Below are positions 1-8,899 of a stretch of DNA of 28,430 bases, one piece after another. This DNA is from Elusimicrobiota bacterium (lineage in GTDB: Bacteria > Elusimicrobiota > Elusimicrobia > Elusimicrobiales > UBA9959), in contig DAIENX010000031.1 in NCBI GenBank assembly GCA_027340875.1, positions 1 through 28,430 of the forward strand, written 5' to 3'. The notes beneath the pieces are model-generated. The model was not told the DNA's origin and ran no database searches. It was given only the letters and a program-made list of their open reading frames with translations. Position 1 is the first letter of the stretch, and each line of letters opens with the position of its first letter. A program made the position numbers and the translations under genes.

Positions 1-1
1 C

Positions 2-172
2 TTCGGCAACTACCTGCCGCGCGGCGACGCGCAGGGCTACATCAACGTGGCGCTGACAGCCGTAATGCTGGCGCTGGCCTGCGTGATAACGCTGGCCTCG
101 GCCGGTTCCTGGCTGAAACTGCTGCGGGGCGGCCGGGCGCCTGAGCTGCGGCCGGTCCAGGAAGAGGCGTAA
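2..172 (+). CDS. 3' end of a membrane protein, probably carbon starvation CstA family (partial)
   Basis: Open frame from base 2 reads FGNYLPRGDAQGYINVALTAVMLALACVITLASAGSWLKLLRGG...EEA, ending TAA at 170-172. It contains a hydrophobic helix; the CstA C-terminus resemblance is from recall only. Confidence 0.55.
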   Translation, partial: FGNYLPRGDAQGYINVALTAVMLALACVITLASAGSWLKLLRGGRAPELRPVQEEA

Positions 173-175
173 AAG

Positions 176-197
176 GGGCGGACCACCTGGTCCGCCC
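176..197. other. 10-bp inverted repeat just after the partial CDS (possible terminator stem or operator)
   Basis: GGGCGGACCA-CC-TGGTCCGCCC; no U-tract follows. Confidence 0.4.
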
Positions 198-359
198 GCT
201 GCACGGGTCCCAACTGTACTTTACTTCCCACGCCCGGGGAGGGACCCTTTCCCCTAATATACTTTAGCTCCCAAAAAAGATTTTTTCAAGGGCCCTTCGG
301 CCCAGACTTTAAAGGCTAGCCCCGGGGCGGGACTTCCAAATTAAGTAGAATAACCTGCG

Positions 360-929
360 ATGACTGACGGGAAGAACGGCCTTCCGGAGGACTTCGACCT
401 GCTGACGGAATTCAATTCCGGCGACGGGGGGGCCTTTACCCGCATAGTAGAGAAACATTCCGGCAGGCTGATCAACTTTCTGTTCCGCTACACCCTGGAC
501 CGGGGGGAAGCGGAGGATCTCGCCCAGGAGGCGTTCCTGCGCCTGTACAAAGCCGCCCCCGGACTCACGCCCGGGGCGAAGCTTTCTACCATCCTTTTCA
601 AATTCGCCTACAACCTGGCGGTGGACCAGGCACGCAGGAACACGAACAGGTCATCCCTGGCCGGGGCCTCCAGCCTGGACTCTCCCGAGGCTGCCGGCGC
701 CGCGGATCCGGCACCCGGCCCTGACGCCGCGTACGAGGCGGCCAGGCGAAGCGAGGAGATAGCCGGCGCCCTGGCCGGTCTCCCGGATACGCAACGCGGC
801 GCCCTGCTCCTCAAGGTCTTCGAGGACCGCTCCTACGCGGAGATAGCCGAGATCATGGCCCTCTCCGTGCCAGCCGTTGAATCCCTGCTGTTCCGCGCGC
901 GCCAGACCCTGGCGAAAAAGCTGAAATAG
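360..929 (+). CDS. ECF sigma-70 family RNA polymerase sigma factor (RpoE/SigW-like)
   Basis: Region 2 (AEDLAQEAFLRLY) and region 4 HTH (SYAEIAEIMALSVPAVESLLFRARQTL); adjacent to a zf-HC2 anti-sigma. Confidence 0.95.
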   Translation: MTDGKNGLPEDFDLLTEFNSGDGGAFTRIVEKHSGRLINFLFRYTLDRGEAEDLAQEAFLRLYKAAPGLTPGAKLSTILFKFAYNLAVDQARRNTNRSSLAGASSLDSPEAAGAADPAPGPDAAYEAARRSEEIAGALAGLPDTQRGALLLKVFEDRSYAEIAEIMALSVPAVESLLFRARQTLAKKLK

Positions 930-932
930 GAC

Positions 933-958
933 CGCAAGTTTTTCCCGGTACCTGCGTT
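933..958 (+). promoter_or_regulatory. Putative ECF-dependent promoter between sigma and anti-sigma genes
   Basis: CGCAAG (933-938), 16-nt spacer, CGTT (955-958), then a GAGGA RBS before ATG 980. A CGT-containing -10 with 16-17 nt spacing is typical of ECF promoters. Confidence 0.5.
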
Positions 959-979
959 AAAGGTATAAGAGGATGAACT

Positions 980-1567
980 ATGCCCGCCAAAGACTGTGAG
1001 AATATCAGCCGCAGACTTTCCGCCTATATGGACGGCGAGCTGCCGGAGCGCGAGCGTGAGGCCGCAGAGTCCCATCTGGCTTCCTGCGCCGCCTGCTCGG
1101 AGGAGCTCGCCTCCCTGCGCGCCGCCTCGGCCGCCGTTTCGGCCCTGCCGCGCGTGGAGCCGCCGCCTTTCTTCGCCGCCAGAACGGCCGCTGCAGCGAA
1201 AGCCCTGAACGGCGCGGGGCCGCTGCGCGCCTTCCTGCGCTTCCCCCTGCCGGCAGCGGCGGTACTGACAGCGTTCATCATTTTCAACATCTTCGCTTTC
1301 GCCCGCGACATCGACGCGATGGAGAACGGACAGCGACGGGAACTCACGCACAAGGTAGTCTCACAGCTCGTAAGACCTTCCACGCTTATAAACCCGGTGG
1401 CGGTAGCCCGCCTCTGTTCGGAATGCACGGACTTCATGTGCCAATGCATGCACGAGGCTGGCAAGCAGAGCATCTGTCCCTGCAAGAACTGCCGGATGCA
1501 CCGCGAGAACCCGGACCGGGCCGGTGAGGTTCCCGCTCACGCTCTGGAGGAAGATCATGTCAACTAA
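980..1567 (+). CDS. zf-HC2 (ZAS) anti-sigma factor with one TM helix and Cys/His-rich C-terminal domain
   Basis: C...LSAYMDGEL...HLASCAAC (HxxxCxxC); TM segment LPAAAVLTAFIIFNIFAFA; tail CSECTDFMCQCMH...CPCKNCRMH. Confidence 0.9.
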   Translation: MPAKDCENISRRLSAYMDGELPEREREAAESHLASCAACSEELASLRAASAAVSALPRVEPPPFFAARTAAAAKALNGAGPLRAFLRFPLPAAAVLTAFIIFNIFAFARDIDAMENGQRRELTHKVVSQLVRPSTLINPVAVARLCSECTDFMCQCMHEAGKQSICPCKNCRMHRENPDRAGEVPAHALEEDHVN

Positions 1568-1811
1568 ACTGGCCGCCGCAGCCATGGCCCTGGGCGTGCT
1601 CTCGTTCGTGCATCTTTTCGGAGTGGAGAAAGCCGTCCTGGCGGTAACGCTGGGCGTCGCGGCGCTCAAGGACCCCGCGCTCACTGCCGGCGGCAGGAGG
1701 ATGGCGCTCGCCGCCGTCGCCGCGGGACTGATCTATCTGCTGGTCCTCTCGGCCGTGTTCACGTCGCATATGCCGCTCATGAACGACCTGGCCGCGAAGC
1801 TGGCCCGCTGA
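1557..1811 (+). CDS. Small membrane protein (84 aa, 2-3 TM)
   Basis: ATG 1557 preceded by GGAGG; overlaps the anti-sigma stop; mostly hydrophobic. Confidence 0.75.
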   Translation: MSTKLAAAAMALGVLSFVHLFGVEKAVLAVTLGVAALKDPALTAGGRRMALAAVAAGLIYLLVLSAVFTSHMPLMNDLAAKLAR

Positions 1812-1816
1812 AACCC

Positions 1817-3043
1817 ATGAATCTCCTGCTCGCTATCCTGTTCCTGCTGGCCGCCCCCGCCGCTGCAGGGGACGCCCCGCGGCTGGAGCTGGAGCCGTAC
1901 CTGCGGGAGGTCCGGGCCGCGAATCCGGAAATATCCGCTTCCGGGGCCGTGGCGGCGGCCTATGAGGAGAAGGTCCGGCAGGCCGCCCTACCGATGGATC
2001 CGGTCATAGAGTTCGGGCGCATGTACGCTGACGGAGCTTTAGGGTCGGGAGCCGCGGAACGCAGCATCGGTGTAAAACAGGAGTTCCGCAACCCGTACAA
2101 ATACCTGCTGCGCAAGCAGGCGGCAAGAGAGGAGAGCGCCGGTTACGCGGCCTTGCGCCTGGACAAGGAGAACGGCGTGCTGGCCGAGGCCCGGAAGGCT
2201 TTCTACGACTATTCGCTGCTGTGGAACACCGAGCGCATCTACGCCGAGAACCTGGAGCTGCTCAAGCGCTATTCCACCATCGCCGAGACACGCTACTCCG
2301 TGGGACAGGGCTCCCAGAGCGACGCCCTGAAGGCGCAGGTGGAGCTCTCCAAGGCGCTCAATATGCTGATAACGGCGAGCCAGGAGAAGGAGACGGCTGC
2401 AGCCAGGCTGAACTCCCTGCGTAACAAGCCGACGGATACGCCGTTAGGCGAGCCTGCAGTTCCGGAGGTAAGGCCTTCCACCGCGGATTACAAGGCACTC
2501 GAAGCGGCCGCGCTGGCGCACAATCCGTGGCTGGCCGCGCTGGCGGCCAGGACCAGGGCAGCCGGGAAGAAAGCCTCCCTGGCCAGGTCGGAATACCTCC
2601 CGGACTTCATGCTGGGCTGGAAGAGGCGCTCCTCGGACAACCCGGCCATGGACGGCACCTACGACGTCTCGCTGGGCCTGACCGTGCCGCTCTGGTTCAG
2701 CAGGACTTCGGCCGGAAGCCGCGAGGGACGCGCCGAGCGGGACATGGCCGCCGCGGAATACGAGGCCGGCCGCAACGCGCTGCTGCTCGACCTGAAGGAA
2801 GCTTGCGTGAAGCTGGATTATTACGCCCGTCTGGCGGAGCTGTATTCGGGTACGGTGCTGCCGCAGGCGGAGGAGTCGCTGAAGGCCTCCGAGGCCGGCT
2901 ATCAGGCGGGGAAGACGGATTTCCTGGACCTGGTGGATTCCAGCCGCACGCTGCTGGAGACCCGGCGGGAACTTTACGAGTACAACGCGGGCTACGCCGG
3001 CTGGCAGGCCCGCGTCAAGGCCCTGACTGGAGAAGGCTTATGA
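1817..3043 (+). CDS. TolC/CusC-family outer membrane efflux protein
   Basis: Signal peptide; two OEP repeats (ETRYSVGQGSQSDALKAQ, EAGYQAGKTDFLDLVDS); upstream of RND adaptor and pump. Confidence 0.92.
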   Translation: MNLLLAILFLLAAPAAAGDAPRLELEPYLREVRAANPEISASGAVAAAYEEKVRQAALPMDPVIEFGRMYADGALGSGAAERSIGVKQEFRNPYKYLLRKQAAREESAGYAALRLDKENGVLAEARKAFYDYSLLWNTERIYAENLELLKRYSTIAETRYSVGQGSQSDALKAQVELSKALNMLITASQEKETAAARLNSLRNKPTDTPLGEPAVPEVRPSTADYKALEAAALAHNPWLAALAARTRAAGKKASLARSEYLPDFMLGWKRRSSDNPAMDGTYDVSLGLTVPLWFSRTSAGSREGRAERDMAAAEYEAGRNALLLDLKEACVKLDYYARLAELYSGTVLPQAEESLKASEAGYQAGKTDFLDLVDSSRTLLETRRELYEYNAGYAGWQARVKALTGEGL

Positions 3044-4191
3044 ACAGGAACCTCATCATCGGCGTTCTGGCGGCGGGCGTCCTCCTCGGCGGCGCCGCGG
3101 CCTACGTCCATTTCCGCGGCGGGCACGGGGCGCACGCGAAAGCGGAGGTCTATTACTGCCCTATGCATCCGGACTACACCTCGGACAAGCCCGGCGACTG
3201 CCCCATCTGCGGCATGCACCTGGTCAAGCGGGAGTCCGCGTCCGCTGAAAAGGCGCCGGCGGAGCGCAAGGTGAAGTTCTACCGCAACCCGATGGACCCG
3301 TCGGTCACCTCGCAAGTGCCGATGAAGGACCCTATGGGTATGGACTATGTCCCGGTCTACGAGGACGAGCCGGCCGGCCCTTCGGTGCCGGGCCACGGCA
3401 CGGTCAACATCACGCCGGAGAAGCAACAGCTCATCGGCCTGAAGACCGGCAAGGCGGCCTACCGCGTCCTGGTCCGGAAGCTCAGCGCCTCCGGACAGGT
3501 AGCCTACGATCCAGAGCTTTACCGCGCCATACGCGAATACCGGGAAGCGGAGGCCGCCTACGCCAAGATAAAGGACAGTTCCTGGCCGGAAGCCGCCCAG
3601 CGAGCCCGCTCCCTCGCCGATTCCTCCAGGCTCAAGCTGCTGCAGCTGGGCTTCGCCGAGGACCAGCTCTCCGCCGCGGAAAAGGACCCGGCACGCTATG
3701 AGAACCTGCTGCTGCCGGCGGACAAGGCCTGGGTATACGCCCAGGTCTACGAATACGAGTCGGCGGCCGTCAAGCCGGGCCAGAGCGCGGTCATAACGTC
3801 GCGCGCCTATCCCGGGAAGGAGTTCCGCGGCGTGGTGCGCTCGCTCGACCCCATCTTCTCGGACGCCACGCGCACGCTGCGCGCCAGGATAGAGGTGGAG
3901 AACCAGGACCGGGAGCTGCGCCCGGAGATGTACGTGGAGGCGCGGATAACGGCCGACCTCGGCACCGCGCTCACCGTTCCCGCCCAGGCCGTGCTTAACA
4001 CCGGCGAGAAGGAGCTGGTGTTCGTAATGAAGGGCGAGGGGGCCTTCGAGCCGCGCGAGGTGCGCACCGGCCGCCGCAACGACGACTACGCCGAAGTGCT
4101 CGGCGGCCTCAAGGCCGGCGAGGCCGTGGTCACCTCGGCGAACTTCATCGTGGATTCGGAATCGCGCATGAAGGCAGCCCTGGGGAACTAA
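3040..4191 (+). CDS. cusB: CusB-like RND periplasmic adaptor with N-terminal heavy-metal-binding domains
   Basis: ATG 3040 overlaps the upstream stop (ATGA); YYCPMHPDYTSDKPGDCPICGMHLV and YRNPMDP...KDPMGMDYVPVY motifs; C-terminal TRTLRARIE...LRPEMY...GLKAGEAVVTSANFIVDSES. Confidence 0.92.
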   Translation: MNRNLIIGVLAAGVLLGGAAAYVHFRGGHGAHAKAEVYYCPMHPDYTSDKPGDCPICGMHLVKRESASAEKAPAERKVKFYRNPMDPSVTSQVPMKDPMGMDYVPVYEDEPAGPSVPGHGTVNITPEKQQLIGLKTGKAAYRVLVRKLSASGQVAYDPELYRAIREYREAEAAYAKIKDSSWPEAAQRARSLADSSRLKLLQLGFAEDQLSAAEKDPARYENLLLPADKAWVYAQVYEYESAAVKPGQSAVITSRAYPGKEFRGVVRSLDPIFSDATRTLRARIEVENQDRELRPEMYVEARITADLGTALTVPAQAVLNTGEKELVFVMKGEGAFEPREVRTGRRNDDYAEVLGGLKAGEAVVTSANFIVDSESRMKAALGN

Positions 4192-4237
4192 CCTTCGTCC
4201 GTCCCGTATCTGGAGCTATGACCATCAAGACGGCCTT

Positions 4238-7200
4238 ATGATAAGGAAACTGATAGCCTTCTCCGCCGAGAACCGCGCGCTGGTGCTGATACTGGCGCTG
4301 GCGGCCTCCGCCGGCGCCTGGCTCTGCGCGAAGAACATAAACCTCGACGCGATACCGGACCTCTCCGACACCCAGGTCATAGTCTATTCCAAGTGGGACC
4401 GCTCCCCGGACATCGTGGAGGACCAGGTCACCTACCCCATAATCACCTCGCTGCTGGGCCTGCCGAAGGTGAAGACTATACGCGGTTTCTCGGACTTCGG
4501 CTTCTCGTACGTCTACGTGATATTCGAGGACGGCACCGACATCTACTGGGCGCGGTCGCGCGTGCTGGAATACCTGAGCAAGGTGCAGTCGCAGCTTCCG
4601 GACGGCGTGAAGACCGAGCTGGGTCCTGACGCCACCGGCGTCGGCTGGGTGTACCAGTACGCCCTCGTGGACAGGACGGGCCGGCATGACCTGTCGCAGC
4701 TGCGCTCCTACCAGGACTGGAACCTCCGCTACCAGCTGCAGTCTGTGCCCGGAGTGGCCGAAGTGGCGGCCGTAGGCGGCTTCCAGAAGCAGTACCAGGT
4801 GAACCTTAACCCCGACGCGCTGGCGGCCTACGGCATACCGATAGACAAGGTGCTGGCCGCAGTGCGCGACGGGAACGAAGAGGTCGGCGCCAGGCTGATA
4901 GAGTATTCAGGCGCCGAGTACATGATACGCGGCAAGGGCTATGCCAGGTCCGTGGAGGACATAGGCAATATCGTGGTGGCCCGCGGCCCCGGCGGCACCC
5001 CGGTGCTGCTGAAGAGCCTGGGCGCCGTCACTACCGGCCCGGAGATGCGCCGCGGGGTCGCCGACCTGGACGGGGAGGGGGACGCGGTAGGCGGCATAGT
5101 GGTGATGCGCCACGGCGAGAACGCGCTGAAGGTCATAGAGCGGGTGAAGCAGCGCATCGAGGAACTGAAGCCTTCTCTCCCCGAAGGCATGGAGATCCTC
5201 ACGACTTACGACCGCTCGGACCTGATAAAGCGGGCCATCGCCACGCTCAAGCGCCAGCTCACCGAGGAAATGCTCATCGTCAGCCTCGTGATCCTCTTCT
5301 TCCTCTGGCATATACCTTCGGCCGTTATTCCGATAGTGACCATCCCGATATCCGTGCTGCTGGCTTTCATCCCGATGTACCTCGCCGGCATCAGTTCCAA
5401 CATCATGTCGCTCTCCGGCATAGCCATCTCCATCGGCGTGCTGGTGGACGGCGCGATAGTGGAGGTGGAGAACGCCTACAAGAAACTCGAGCACTGGGAG
5501 GCCGGAGGCAGGAAAGGCGACTTCCACGCGGTGCGCCTGGAGGCCCTGCAGGAAGTGGGTCCGTCGGTGTTCTTCTCGCTGCTGGTGATAGCGGCAGCTT
5601 TCATGCCCATCTTCACGCTGGTGGACCAGGAAGGCCGCCTGTTCAAGCCGCTGGCCTACACGAAGAACCTCACCATGCTGGTGGCGGCCATACTGGCGGT
5701 CACTCTGGACCCGGCGCTGCGCATGATGTTCACCCGGATGGACCATGTCCATTTCCGGCCGGCCTGGCTGGCGAGGATCGTCAATGCCGTCACCGTCGGC
5801 CGCTATTACCCCGAGGAGAAGCACCCTGTCTCCCGCCGCCTGTTCCGCCTTTACGAGCCGGTATGCCGCTGGACGCTGGAGCATCCGAAGAAGGTCGTCG
5901 GCGCGGCCCTGTTCCTGGTCCTGACCGCCGTGCCGGTCTATCTGAAAACGGGCTCGGAATTCATGCCGCCCCTGAACGAAGGAACCATCCTTTACATGCC
6001 CACCACGCTGCCGGGCATCTCGGTGACCGAGGCCCAGCGTCTCCTGCAGACGCAGGACAGGATACTCAGGTCCATACCGGAAGTGGAGCGGGTCTTCGGC
6101 AAGGCCGGCCGCGCCGATACCTCCACAGACCCGGCCCCGTTCTCGATGATGGAAACGGTGGCGGTGCTCAAGCCGCAGGACCAGTGGCGCAGGAAGGAGC
6201 GCTGGTACTCGTCGTGGGCCCCGGAGTTCCTGCAGGCCCCGCTGCGCCATATCTGGCACGACCGCCTGAGCTGGGACGACCTGATCTCGGACATCGACTC
6301 TAAGATGCAGTTCCCCGGAGTGTCCAACGCCTGGACCATGCCGATAAAGGCCCGCATCGACATGCTCACGACAGGGGTACGGACTCCGGTAGGCATCAAG
6401 ATCTTCGGCAGCGACCTCAAGAAGATAGAGGAGACCGGGGTAGAGATAGAGAAGCTGGTACGGGAGGTGAAGGGGACCCGCAGCGTCTACGCCGAGCGCA
6501 CCGCCGGCGGCTATTTCCTGGATTTCGAGCTCAAGCGCGCCGAGCTGGCCCGCTACGGTCTGACCGTAAAAGAAGCGCAGATGGCGCTGATGGCGGCCAT
6601 AGGCGGCCAGAACCTGACCACCACGGTGGAGGGGCGCGAGAGGTACTCGGTGAACGTGCGCTATGCCCGCGACTTCCGCGACGACGTGGACAAGCTGAAA
6701 CGCGTGCTCGTGGCCGCCCCCGGAGGGGTCAACGTGCCTCTGGGCCAGATAGCCGACGTGGTGTTCCGCCAGGGCCCGGCGATGATCCGCGACGAGAACG
6801 GCCTGCTGTCCGGCTACGTCTACGTGGACATAGAAGGCGTGGACGTGGGCACCTACGTGAACGACGCAAAGAAGCTGGTCGCGGAGAAGCTGAAGCTGCC
6901 GGCCGGATACAGCCTGCAGTGGAGCGGCCAGTACGAGAACATGCTGCGCGTGCGGGAGCGCCTGAAGTTCGTCCTGCCGCTGACGCTGTTCCTGATCTTC
7001 CTGCTGATCTATATGAACACCAGATCCGCGGCGAAGACCTTGATAGTCCTTTTGGCCGTGCCCTTCTCGCTGATAGGCGCCGTCTGGCTTGTCTACCTCC
7101 TGGGCTACAATATCTCTATCGCCGTCTGGGTGGGCATGATAGCGCTGATGGGCCTGGACGCGGAGACCGGTGTGTTCATGCTGCTGTACCTCGACCTCGC

Positions 7201-7501
7201 ATACGACGAGGCGAAAAAGGGCGGCCGCATGAACAGCGTGAAGGACCTGGAGGAAGCCGTGGTCCACGGCGCCGTGAAACGCGTGAGGCCCAAGCTGATG
7301 ACCGTGACAGCGGCCTTCATGGGCCTGCTCCCGATCATGTGGGCGCTGGGCACCGGGTCCGACGTGATGAAGCGCATAGCGGCGCCGATGATAGGCGGCC
7401 TGTTCACGAGTTTCGCGCTGGAGCTGCTGGTCTACCCGGTGATCTACATGGGGTGGAAGCGCCGCGGGGAGATGCGGAACGCGGGGAACGTGCGGAATTA
7501 A
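4238..7501 (+). CDS. cusA: CusA/SilA heavy-metal efflux RND transporter
   Basis: LDAIPDLSDTQVIV; Met-triad motifs EFMPPLNEG, DPAPFSMMET, NAWTMPI; proton-relay motifs VLVDGAIV, AETGVFM, RVRPKLMT. Confidence 0.97.
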   Translation: MIRKLIAFSAENRALVLILALAASAGAWLCAKNINLDAIPDLSDTQVIVYSKWDRSPDIVEDQVTYPIITSLLGLPKVKTIRGFSDFGFSYVYVIFEDGTDIYWARSRVLEYLSKVQSQLPDGVKTELGPDATGVGWVYQYALVDRTGRHDLSQLRSYQDWNLRYQLQSVPGVAEVAAVGGFQKQYQVNLNPDALAAYGIPIDKVLAAVRDGNEEVGARLIEYSGAEYMIRGKGYARSVEDIGNIVVARGPGGTPVLLKSLGAVTTGPEMRRGVADLDGEGDAVGGIVVMRHGENALKVIERVKQRIEELKPSLPEGMEILTTYDRSDLIKRAIATLKRQLTEEMLIVSLVILFFLWHIPSAVIPIVTIPISVLLAFIPMYLAGISSNIMSLSGIAISIGVLVDGAIVEVENAYKKLEHWEAGGRKGDFHAVRLEALQEVGPSVFFSLLVIAAAFMPIFTLVDQEGRLFKPLAYTKNLTMLVAAILAVTLDPALRMMFTRMDHVHFRPAWLARIVNAVTVGRYYPEEKHPVSRRLFRLYEPVCRWTLEHPKKVVGAALFLVLTAVPVYLKTGSEFMPPLNEGTILYMPTTLPGISVTEAQRLLQTQDRILRSIPEVERVFGKAGRADTSTDPAPFSMMETVAVLKPQDQWRRKERWYSSWAPEFLQAPLRHIWHDRLSWDDLISDIDSKMQFPGVSNAWTMPIKARIDMLTTGVRTPVGIKIFGSDLKKIEETGVEIEKLVREVKGTRSVYAERTAGGYFLDFELKRAELARYGLTVKEAQMALMAAIGGQNLTTTVEGRERYSVNVRYARDFRDDVDKLKRVLVAAPGGVNVPLGQIADVVFRQGPAMIRDENGLLSGYVYVDIEGVDVGTYVNDAKKLVAEKLKLPAGYSLQWSGQYENMLRVRERLKFVLPLTLFLIFLLIYMNTRSAAKTLIVLLAVPFSLIGAVWLVYLLGYNISIAVWVGMIALMGLDAETGVFMLLYLDLAYDEAKKGGRMNSVKDLEEAVVHGAVKRVRPKLMTVTAAFMGLLPIMWALGTGSDVMKRIAAPMIGGLFTSFALELLVYPVIYMGWKRRGEMRNAGNVRN

Positions 7502-7510
7502 GGAGACAAG

Positions 7511-8899
7511 ATGGCGACCAACAAGAACGTCCTGGAACTGATAGGCAACACGCCGCTGCTCAAGGTGAGCAGGCTGGACACCGGCCCCTGCGAGCTGTAC
7601 CTGAAGCTCGAATGCCAGAACCCCGGCGGCTCCATCAAGGACCGCATCGGTCTTTCGATGATAGCGGCCGCGGAGAAGGAAGGGAAGATAAAACCCGGGG
7701 GCACGCTGGTGGAGGCCACCGCGGGCAACACCGGCCTGGGACTGGCCCTGGTGGCGGCCAGCAAGGGTTACAAGCTCGTGCTGGTCATCCCGGACAAGAT
7801 GAGCCAGGAGAAGATCTCGCATCTGCGCGCGATGGGCGCAAAGGTCGTGATGACCCGCTCCGACGTTGAAAAAGGCCATCCGGAGTACTATCAGGAGGTG
7901 GCCGAGCGCATCGCCAGGGAAACGCCCGGCGCTTTCTACATCAACCAGTTCGCCAACCCCGCCAACCCGGCGGCGCACGAGGAACATACCGGGCCCGAGA
8001 TCTGGGAGCAGATGGGGCATAAGGTCGACGCGCTGGTCTGCGGCGTAGGCTCAGGAGGCACGCTGACGGGTCTTTCCCGGTATTTCGCGAAGGTCTCTCC
8101 TGCCACAGAGCTGGTGCTTGCGGACCCGGCAGGCTCGGTGCTCGCCGGCTACCTCAGGGACAAGACGGTGGGGAAGGCCGGCTCCTGGTTCGTGGAAGGC
8201 ATCGGCGAGGACTTCATCCCGTCTATCGCGGACCTCTCGCGCGTTTCCAAGGCCTACACCGTTACCGACGCGGAGAGCTTCGCCGCGGCACGCGAGCTGC
8301 TCAGGAAGGAAGGTGTCCTGGGCGGCTCCTCCACCGGCACTCTGCTGGCGGCGGCGCTGCGCTACTGCCGCGAGAGCAGGACGCCCGGGAGAGTGGTCTC
8401 GCTGGTGCCCGACACCGGCGGCAAATATCTCTCCAAGATGTACAACGACTTCTGGATGGCCGACCAGGGCTTCCTGGAGCGACGGGGAACGGGGGACCTG
8501 CGCGACCTCGTGGGCCGCCAGTACAGCGCCGGCGCGGTCTGCTCGGTGAAGCCGGACGACACGCTGATGACCGCATTCAACCGCATGCGCCTCTACGAGT
8601 ACGAGCAGCTCCCGGTGATGGAGGGGAGCAAAGTCGTCGGCATCCTCGACGAGTCCGACATCCTTCTGGCCGTGAACGGAGACCCCTCCAAGTACAACTC
8701 GAAGGTAAGCGGGCACATGACGCAGAAGCTGGTGACGGTCCGCCCGGAGACGACGATCACCGAGATGGCGGCCCTGCTGGGCAGGGGCCTCGTGGGGATA
8801 CTGCAGTGCGACGGCAAGTTCCATGGTCTTATAACCCGCGTGGACCTGCTCAACCATATGCGCCGCAGGCTGCTGGCGCCCAAGGAGACGGCGAGATGA
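7511..8899 (+). CDS. cbs: Cystathionine beta-synthase (PLP fold II plus C-terminal CBS domain pair)
   Basis: IGNTPL, KLECQNPGGSIKDR (PLP Lys), EATAGNTGLGLA, GVGSGGT, YLSKMYNDFWM, then CBS domains. Confidence 0.93.
   Translation: MATNKNVLELIGNTPLLKVSRLDTGPCELYLKLECQNPGGSIKDRIGLSMIAAAEKEGKIKPGGTLVEATAGNTGLGLALVAASKGYKLVLVIPDKMSQEKISHLRAMGAKVVMTRSDVEKGHPEYYQEVAERIARETPGAFYINQFANPANPAAHEEHTGPEIWEQMGHKVDALVCGVGSGGTLTGLSRYFAKVSPATELVLADPAGSVLAGYLRDKTVGKAGSWFVEGIGEDFIPSIADLSRVSKAYTVTDAESFAAARELLRKEGVLGGSSTGTLLAAALRYCRESRTPGRVVSLVPDTGGKYLSKMYNDFWMADQGFLERRGTGDLRDLVGRQYSAGAVCSVKPDDTLMTAFNRMRLYEYEQLPVMEGSKVVGILDESDILLAVNGDPSKYNSKVSGHMTQKLVTVRPETTITEMAALLGRGLVGILQCDGKFHGLITRVDLLNHMRRRLLAPKETAR

Noticed and set aside
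1414..1501. Possible c-type heme motifs in the anti-sigma and the 11869 protein
   Set aside because: Motifs are CxxCxxH or CxCxH, not CxxCH.
2527..3039. Long N-terminal extensions in the ORF track for cusB (also the lyase at 8806 and the rSAM at 17935)
   Set aside because: They overlap upstream genes; downstream ATGs at 3040, 8896 and 18013 form ATGA overlaps and start the recognisable protein.
4907..8020. 1037-aa minus-strand ORF and other long antisense or alternative-frame ORFs (8593-10038, 9953-11740, 14581-16068, 23881-25164)
   Set aside because: Shadow ORFs of GC-rich genes; they overlap well-supported genes and show no recognisable motifs.
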